This document shows, piece by piece, positions 59,541-64,000 of a stretch of 64,000 nucleotides of DNA (positions are counted from its first letter, which is position 1; every line of letters begins with the position of its first letter). The notes under the pieces were generated by a model. The model searched no databases. It was not told where the DNA came from and saw nothing but the letters and a program-made list of their open reading frames with translations. The DNA is taken from positions 3,149 to 67,148 of the forward strand of contig JAJRTN010000004.1 in assembly GCA_024278275.1 (NCBI GenBank). The letters run 5' to 3'. Source of the DNA: Candidatus Hydrogenedentota bacterium. GTDB taxonomy: Bacteria > Hydrogenedentota > Hydrogenedentia > Hydrogenedentales > JAJRTN01. The position numbers and the translations under genes are program-made.

Positions 59541-59882
59541 ATGGAAACCTGGTTTGGCGAACAGTATTACTTGTACATCTGGATTCCCGGCACGGCGCTG
59601 GGCTGTCTCGCGGGCCTGACCGGCGCGCTGGCGGGCGTCTTCGCGCCGCGCGGAAGAATGCGCGGGCTGGTCTACGCGCTTTGCGCGTTGATCATGGGCG
59701 GTTCCGCCGTTATGCTGGTGGCGGCCATCGTGGCTAAACTGGGTGGACAACCCTATGGCATCTGGTATGGCCTGGGGCTGCCCGGATGTATCGGGATCTT
59801 CGTCATGGGTTTCAACTTTCCCGTGGTCCGACGAGTCTATGCCAACGCCGAAATGCGCCGGCTTCAAGCCAGGGATGGGTGA
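59541..59882 (+). CDS. Small predicted membrane protein (3 TM)
   Basis: 113-aa hydrophobic ORF. No motif. Overlaps the N-terminal extension of the next tool ORF. Confidence 0.3.
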   Translation: METWFGEQYYLYIWIPGTALGCLAGLTGALAGVFAPRGRMRGLVYALCALIMGGSAVMLVAAIVAKLGGQPYGIWYGLGLPGCIGIFVMGFNFPVVRRVYANAEMRRLQARDG

Positions 59883-59917
59883 ACGGCCTGGACGGGCGGG
59901 CGATGGAAGGTTCGAAA

Positions 59918-61246
59918 ATGAAAACACGATTCTTTTTTCAACTGGCTTTGACGCTGTCTTTGGGAATCAATGCCATGGCGATACCGGGTACTCTTGATGG
60001 CGTGGCGGAAGCCGTGATGCGGCCCTATGCCGGACCGAGTGTGCGGGGCGTGGACACGTCCACGCTGACGGGCAAGGTGATGTGCGGCTACCAAGGCTGG
60101 TTCACCTGCGAAGGGGACGGGGCGGAACGGGGATGGTTCCACTGGGGCAACCGCGGCGGATTCAAGCCCGGATCGTGCAGTATCGACTTCTGGCCGGACG
60201 TGTCGGAGCTGGACAGGGACGAGTTGTATGCCACACCCTTTCGGCATGGCGACGGGCGGACCGCGTACGTGTTCAGTTCGATGAACCGCAAAACCGTGTT
60301 GCGCCACTTCCAATGGAGCAAGACCTACGGCATTGACGGCATGTTCGTGCAGCGTTTCGCCGTGGAAACGCTGCACCCGTCCGGGCTGAACCATAAGACC
60401 ACGGTGTTGGCCCACTGTCGGGAGGGCGCGAATCGCTATGGCCGGGCCTATGCGGTGATGTACGACCTGTCGGGCTTGCGCGAGGGTCAGATGGCGGGTG
60501 TCATGGCCGACTGGCGCCGCCTGGTGGACCGCATGAAACTGACGCGGGACCCCGCGGACCGGGCCTATCTGCACCACAAGGGAAAACCGGTGGTGGCGGT
60601 GTGGGGCATCGGGTTCAACGACCACCGGCAATACACTCTCGACGAGTGCGGCGCGCTGATCGACTTCCTCAAGTATGATCCCGAGTACGGCGGATGCACG
60701 GTCATGATCGGGGTGCCCTCCTATTGGCGGAACAGCGATGGCAAGCGTGACGCGGTGGCCGATCCCAAGCTCATCGAGGTGATGCTGAAGGCCGACATCA
60801 TCAGCCCGTGGAGCGTGGGCCGATACGGAAACCCCAAGGGCGCCTTGCGCTACGCCAAAAACGTATGGGAAGGGGATATCGCGTGGTGCAGGGACCACGG
60901 AAAAGACTACCTGCCGGTGGTGTTTCCGGGATTCAGTTGGCACAATCTGCGGGGCAATGCGCCGTTGGACCAGATACCGCGCCTGAAAGGAACGTTTCTC
61001 TGGAGCCAATACGCCGCCGCGGTGGAATCGGGGGCGACCATGGTGTACCAGGCCATGTTCGACGAAGTGGACGAAGGGACGGCCATCTTCAAATGCACCA
61101 ACGACCCGCCCGTGGGAAAGTCCTCTTTCGTGACCTACGAGGGCTTACCAAGCGACTACTACCTCTGGCTGGTGGGACAGGCGGCCGCGTTCCTGCGCAA
61201 CGGAAAGCCGATCCCGAAGGAGATGCCCGCCTACCCGGCGAAGTAG
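59918..61246 (+). CDS. Secreted glycoside-hydrolase-like protein (GH99/GH71-like TIM-barrel candidate)
   Basis: RBS GGAAGG and ATG 59918. Signal peptide MKTRFFFQLALTLSLGINAMA. Motifs GYQGWFTCEGDG, WGNRGGF, QAMFDEVDEGTAIFK. Confidence 0.5.
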   Translation: MKTRFFFQLALTLSLGINAMAIPGTLDGVAEAVMRPYAGPSVRGVDTSTLTGKVMCGYQGWFTCEGDGAERGWFHWGNRGGFKPGSCSIDFWPDVSELDRDELYATPFRHGDGRTAYVFSSMNRKTVLRHFQWSKTYGIDGMFVQRFAVETLHPSGLNHKTTVLAHCREGANRYGRAYAVMYDLSGLREGQMAGVMADWRRLVDRMKLTRDPADRAYLHHKGKPVVAVWGIGFNDHRQYTLDECGALIDFLKYDPEYGGCTVMIGVPSYWRNSDGKRDAVADPKLIEVMLKADIISPWSVGRYGNPKGALRYAKNVWEGDIAWCRDHGKDYLPVVFPGFSWHNLRGNAPLDQIPRLKGTFLWSQYAAAVESGATMVYQAMFDEVDEGTAIFKCTNDPPVGKSSFVTYEGLPSDYYLWLVGQAAAFLRNGKPIPKEMPAYPAK

Positions 61247-61432
61247 GGTGGGCCTTGGCCACCATGCCCCTCTTCCAAGGGAGACTGTTTTGTCGTCAAG
61301 GTTTCAGTCTTGGTGGGCCAAGGCCCACCCTGCGGAGCTACCCGCCACGCCCTGCGTAGGAACGGGAGAATCTGCGCAATCTGCGGATACATTATCATGG
61401 AGCCCCGCCTTCGCGGGGATGACGGAAGGCAG
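61245..61432 (+). repeat. Composite approximately 185-nt repeat element, copy 2 (two GGTGGGCC-NN-GGCCCACC hairpins + conserved core + CCCCGCCTTCGCGGGG hairpin)
   Basis: Collinear with 37520-37690 in the same orientation. Starts at the stop codon of the upstream gene and lies between convergent genes. Confidence 0.7.
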
Positions 61433-61469
61433 GGGTGACCATTTGTACCAAACTTCACGGGTAAGGAAC

Positions 61470-63062
61470 TTACCAGCCGCTTGGCCGGGGTTCCGGACTT
61501 TTCCCCAGGGCGATGTTGATAATGTGCTGAACATCGGTCACCGTGGCGCCGCCCCCGTCCACGTCCGCGTCCACCGCCCCCGGTTGCCGGAGCACGGCGG
61601 CGATGGCCATCTGGATATCCACCGCCTCGACCCATCCGTCTCCATTGAGATCACCATCGGACAGGGTCACGTCGCGTCGCACCGCACCGCCTTCTTCCAC
61701 CGTGACCCCCCGTACCAGGTAGGGGATATAACCGGGCGCGAAAAACTCCATGTCATACATTCCGGGCAACAACAGACGGTGGTAATCCCCCACCTCCGGG
61801 TCGGTGAACACCCTTTGCGTGTTTCCCCGCACACGCACCTGCGCCCACACGGGCAGGCCCGTTTTTTTATCCGTCACCAGGCCCCGGACACCAAGATGGA
61901 CCCCCTCCAGGTAGGACAACATGGCCTCCTCATTGTCCGCCCATAAACCGGGCAGCGCGGTGTCATCCGGCCACTTGGTATCGGATAACTCAATGGTCAT
62001 GTCGATACAGCCCACGTAACGGTAGTTCCAGTCCTGCATCCCCCCCAGGATGCTGTACCAGGCGGATCCATTGACAATTCCGTCGGTGAAAAAAGGGCTG
62101 TTCCACATGACGGGGTTGTTCATGGCATAGCGCAGGGAGAGGGACTCCATGAGGGCGTCATCGGCCGTGGGCGCGTCCTGACCGCTTGGGATCCCGGGCT
62201 CGTTATCAAAGGGATAGTTCACCACGGTGGCCCCGGTGTGGAAATTGGCCGACAACACGAAACTGTTTTCCGCGGTCCACCGCATGATGTGGCCCACTTC
62301 GACGGGCCGCCCCGCGTCGGAAAGGGCATCTCCGCCGAAGAACGTACCGGAATAATCTTCCGGGTATACGGGGAAACTCCGGTTCAAATCCTGGCCGTCC
62401 AGGTTATACCGCTGGCCCAACATGCGGCCATCGGGATTGGCCAGGGGGACCACCCAAATGGAGGTCTCGTCCACCAACCCGGTGATGCGGGGATTGGATC
62501 CATATTCCGACAGAAGAAGCCCGATAAAGTCGAGGCACAATTCCGTGCCAATCGGCTCATCCCCATGCAGGGTTGCCAGGTACTTGAACTCCGGTTCGTC
62601 TTCTTCATCGGTGGGATTATCGGAAATGTGCAGTGCCCAAAGTTCCCGGCCCCCCTCCGATTGTCCCAGCGAAACCAGGTTCGTGATCTCGGGATAGCCC
62701 TCGGTGAAAGCCGCCAGGGCCGCCGTGACCTCGGGGTAGTCATGGTAGTTCTCCCTCCCCTTGGGCAGGGCCGCCGGCTGCCATTCGGTAATGCGGTAGG
62801 GCAGCTCAAGAGCGTCGAGCGCTTCTATCCGTGATGCCGGGACATATATCTCCGCCCGGTCCGAACGAACCCGGGAAATGGTGGCGCCCGTGGCGCGGAT
62901 TCGCTGGAGATCGGCCCGGTCCGAAAAAGTGATTTCAACGACCGCCGTGCGCGGCGGAACCCCCCTTGCCGCGGCCATGATCACCACGAGGATAGACGCG
63001 GCCAAAACAGCGAGCCTAAGGCCCTTCTCGCGGCTCGACCACCATGTTAAAGGTTTGTTCAC
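61470..63062 (-). CDS. Secreted M14 zinc carboxypeptidase with a C-terminal dockerin-type Ca-binding repeat
   Basis: Signal peptide. M14 motifs (ATLHGDEPIGTELCLDF with the HxxE zinc ligands; catalytic region). C-terminal DLNGDGWVEAVDIQMAIAAVL dockerin repeat. Confidence 0.75.
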   Translation of the reverse strand: MNKPLTWWSSREKGLRLAVLAASILVVIMAAARGVPPRTAVVEITFSDRADLQRIRATGATISRVRSDRAEIYVPASRIEALDALELPYRITEWQPAALPKGRENYHDYPEVTAALAAFTEGYPEITNLVSLGQSEGGRELWALHISDNPTDEEDEPEFKYLATLHGDEPIGTELCLDFIGLLLSEYGSNPRITGLVDETSIWVVPLANPDGRMLGQRYNLDGQDLNRSFPVYPEDYSGTFFGGDALSDAGRPVEVGHIMRWTAENSFVLSANFHTGATVVNYPFDNEPGIPSGQDAPTADDALMESLSLRYAMNNPVMWNSPFFTDGIVNGSAWYSILGGMQDWNYRYVGCIDMTIELSDTKWPDDTALPGLWADNEEAMLSYLEGVHLGVRGLVTDKKTGLPVWAQVRVRGNTQRVFTDPEVGDYHRLLLPGMYDMEFFAPGYIPYLVRGVTVEEGGAVRRDVTLSDGDLNGDGWVEAVDIQMAIAAVLRQPGAVDADVDGGGATVTDVQHIINIALGKSPEPRPSGW

Positions 63063-64000
63063 TCGTCTGCTTTCGTTTGTCGGTCAGGCGGACCCGGATG
63101 CGGTATTCACCGGGTGCCTTATAAGCATGGGTCACTTGATCGCCTTTGCGCTTTCCACCATCACCAAAGCGCCACTCCACGGACTTGATCCCGGCGGACG
63201 GGTCATAGCGCAGTCCCCAGCCCGCGGGAAAAACATCGCCCACCCGGACGGGAAGTTTTCCCGTGGGGCTGTGGGCCACGTCCCGGATATCATAGGTTAA
63301 GGGCTCTCCCACGCGGGCCGTGAGGGGCCTGGACCGCGGGGGAAGGGCAATGGCTCCCTCGCCCACCAGGATCTCGGCCACGGCCAGCAGGGATTGGTCG
63401 TACGTGGCGGAATCACAATAAGCGGCCACCATGGCATCGGCATCGTCCAATTCGGCCAGCGCGGCCGGGTAACCCAGAAAAACCACCACCACCCGCGTGC
63501 CGGCATCTTTCAGGGCGCGCACCAGCCGCACCATGCCGGGCACGCGCAACTGATCCGTTAACACGCAAACCACGGTGCGTATGCCCCGAATGTGAGAAGT
63601 CAGACGCTGAATCTCGAAGTCCTGAATGTCGCCCAGGTACCGGGCCGAGTTAATGGCCTGTTCCGAAACGGGCTTCATGTATTTTTCCAGGGCATCCCGC
63701 AGGGGTTCCACCCCCACCACGCCGGTAACACCGACGGGCATGGCTTTTGCCTTGGTCAGGGGGAGAATACCTCCCGCGTTTTTCACGAGCGTAATGGATT
63801 TCCGTTCGATGGCGAAGGTATCGCGGACCAGGTCCTTCCGGTTTTCGAGCCGTGCCGCGGCACGCTCATCCACCTTCTCCCGGACGTTAATGCGTTGGGC
63901 GAACTTACAGGCCAGGACCCGGCGTACGGCGCGGTCCAGGGTTTCGGACGGAATAAGACCTTCCCCCACGGCCTGGACTATGCGTTCCACGGCGTGAATC
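63016..64000 (-). CDS. GH3-family C-terminal domain protein with a C-terminal PKD domain (start beyond the window end)
   Basis: GH3 C-domain-like VVVVFLGYPAALAELDDADAMVAAYC. PKD-like WRFGDGGKRKGDQVTHAYKAPGEYRIRVRLTD. The ORF continues past nt 64000 on the minus strand. Confidence 0.6.
   Translation of the reverse strand, partial: IHAVERIVQAVGEGLIPSETLDRAVRRVLACKFAQRINVREKVDERAAARLENRKDLVRDTFAIERKSITLVKNAGGILPLTKAKAMPVGVTGVVGVEPLRDALEKYMKPVSEQAINSARYLGDIQDFEIQRLTSHIRGIRTVVCVLTDQLRVPGMVRLVRALKDAGTRVVVVFLGYPAALAELDDADAMVAAYCDSATYDQSLLAVAEILVGEGAIALPPRSRPLTARVGEPLTYDIRDVAHSPTGKLPVRVGDVFPAGWGLRYDPSAGIKSVEWRFGDGGKRKGDQVTHAYKAPGEYRIRVRLTDKRKQTSEQTFNMVVEPREGP

Overview
High-GC (about 65%), densely coded bacterial chromosomal segment; no rRNA, tRNA or CRISPR array was seen. 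From left to right the window contains: (1) surface and secreted carbohydrate-active and peptidase genes: a 5'-partial beta-helix surface protein, an M3B oligoendopeptidase F interrupted by an in-frame TAA, a Tat-exported sulfatase, an NAD-epimerase, a NodB-type polysaccharide deacetylase and a GHL10/DUF187 hydrolase; (2) an unusual lipoprotein fusing a PASTA domain, a DUF2135-like region and a caspase (C14) domain; (3) a cell-shape-type module of an M23/LytM peptidase (interrupted by an in-frame TAG), bactofilin and mnmA; (4) a YkgJ Cys-cluster protein and an Hsp70-NBD protein; (5) a complete F1Fo ATP synthase operon (atpZ-atpI-atpB-atpE[4-hairpin fusion]-atpE-atpF-atpF'-atpH-atpA-atpG-atpD-atpC) whose first c gene encodes four fused hairpins with only one retained ion-binding glutamate; (6) a GT2 / Ski2-like helicase-wHTH / GT2 cluster with a gspF-like gene fragment; (7) a large minus-strand flagellar cluster (flgB-flgC-fliE-fliF-fliG-fliH-fliI-fliJ-flbB-fliK-flgD-X-flgE, then motA-motB-fliL-fliN-fliO-fliP) with a near-consensus sigma-54 promoter and four tandem 10-bp repeats upstream of flgB; (8) an NPCBM glycoside-hydrolase-like gene, an AraC regulator, a secreted GH-like protein, an M14 carboxypeptidase with a dockerin repeat and a partial GH3/PKD gene. 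A composite palindromic repeat family (GGTGGGCC-NN-GGCCCACC and CCCCGC-GAAR-GCGGGG hairpins) occupies several intergenic sites; two same-orientation copies of about 180 nt bracket the 23.5-kb flagellar/GH segment. All domain and family calls come from reading motifs in the supplied translations. No database search was run, and manually counted coordinates may be off by +/-1-2 nt.
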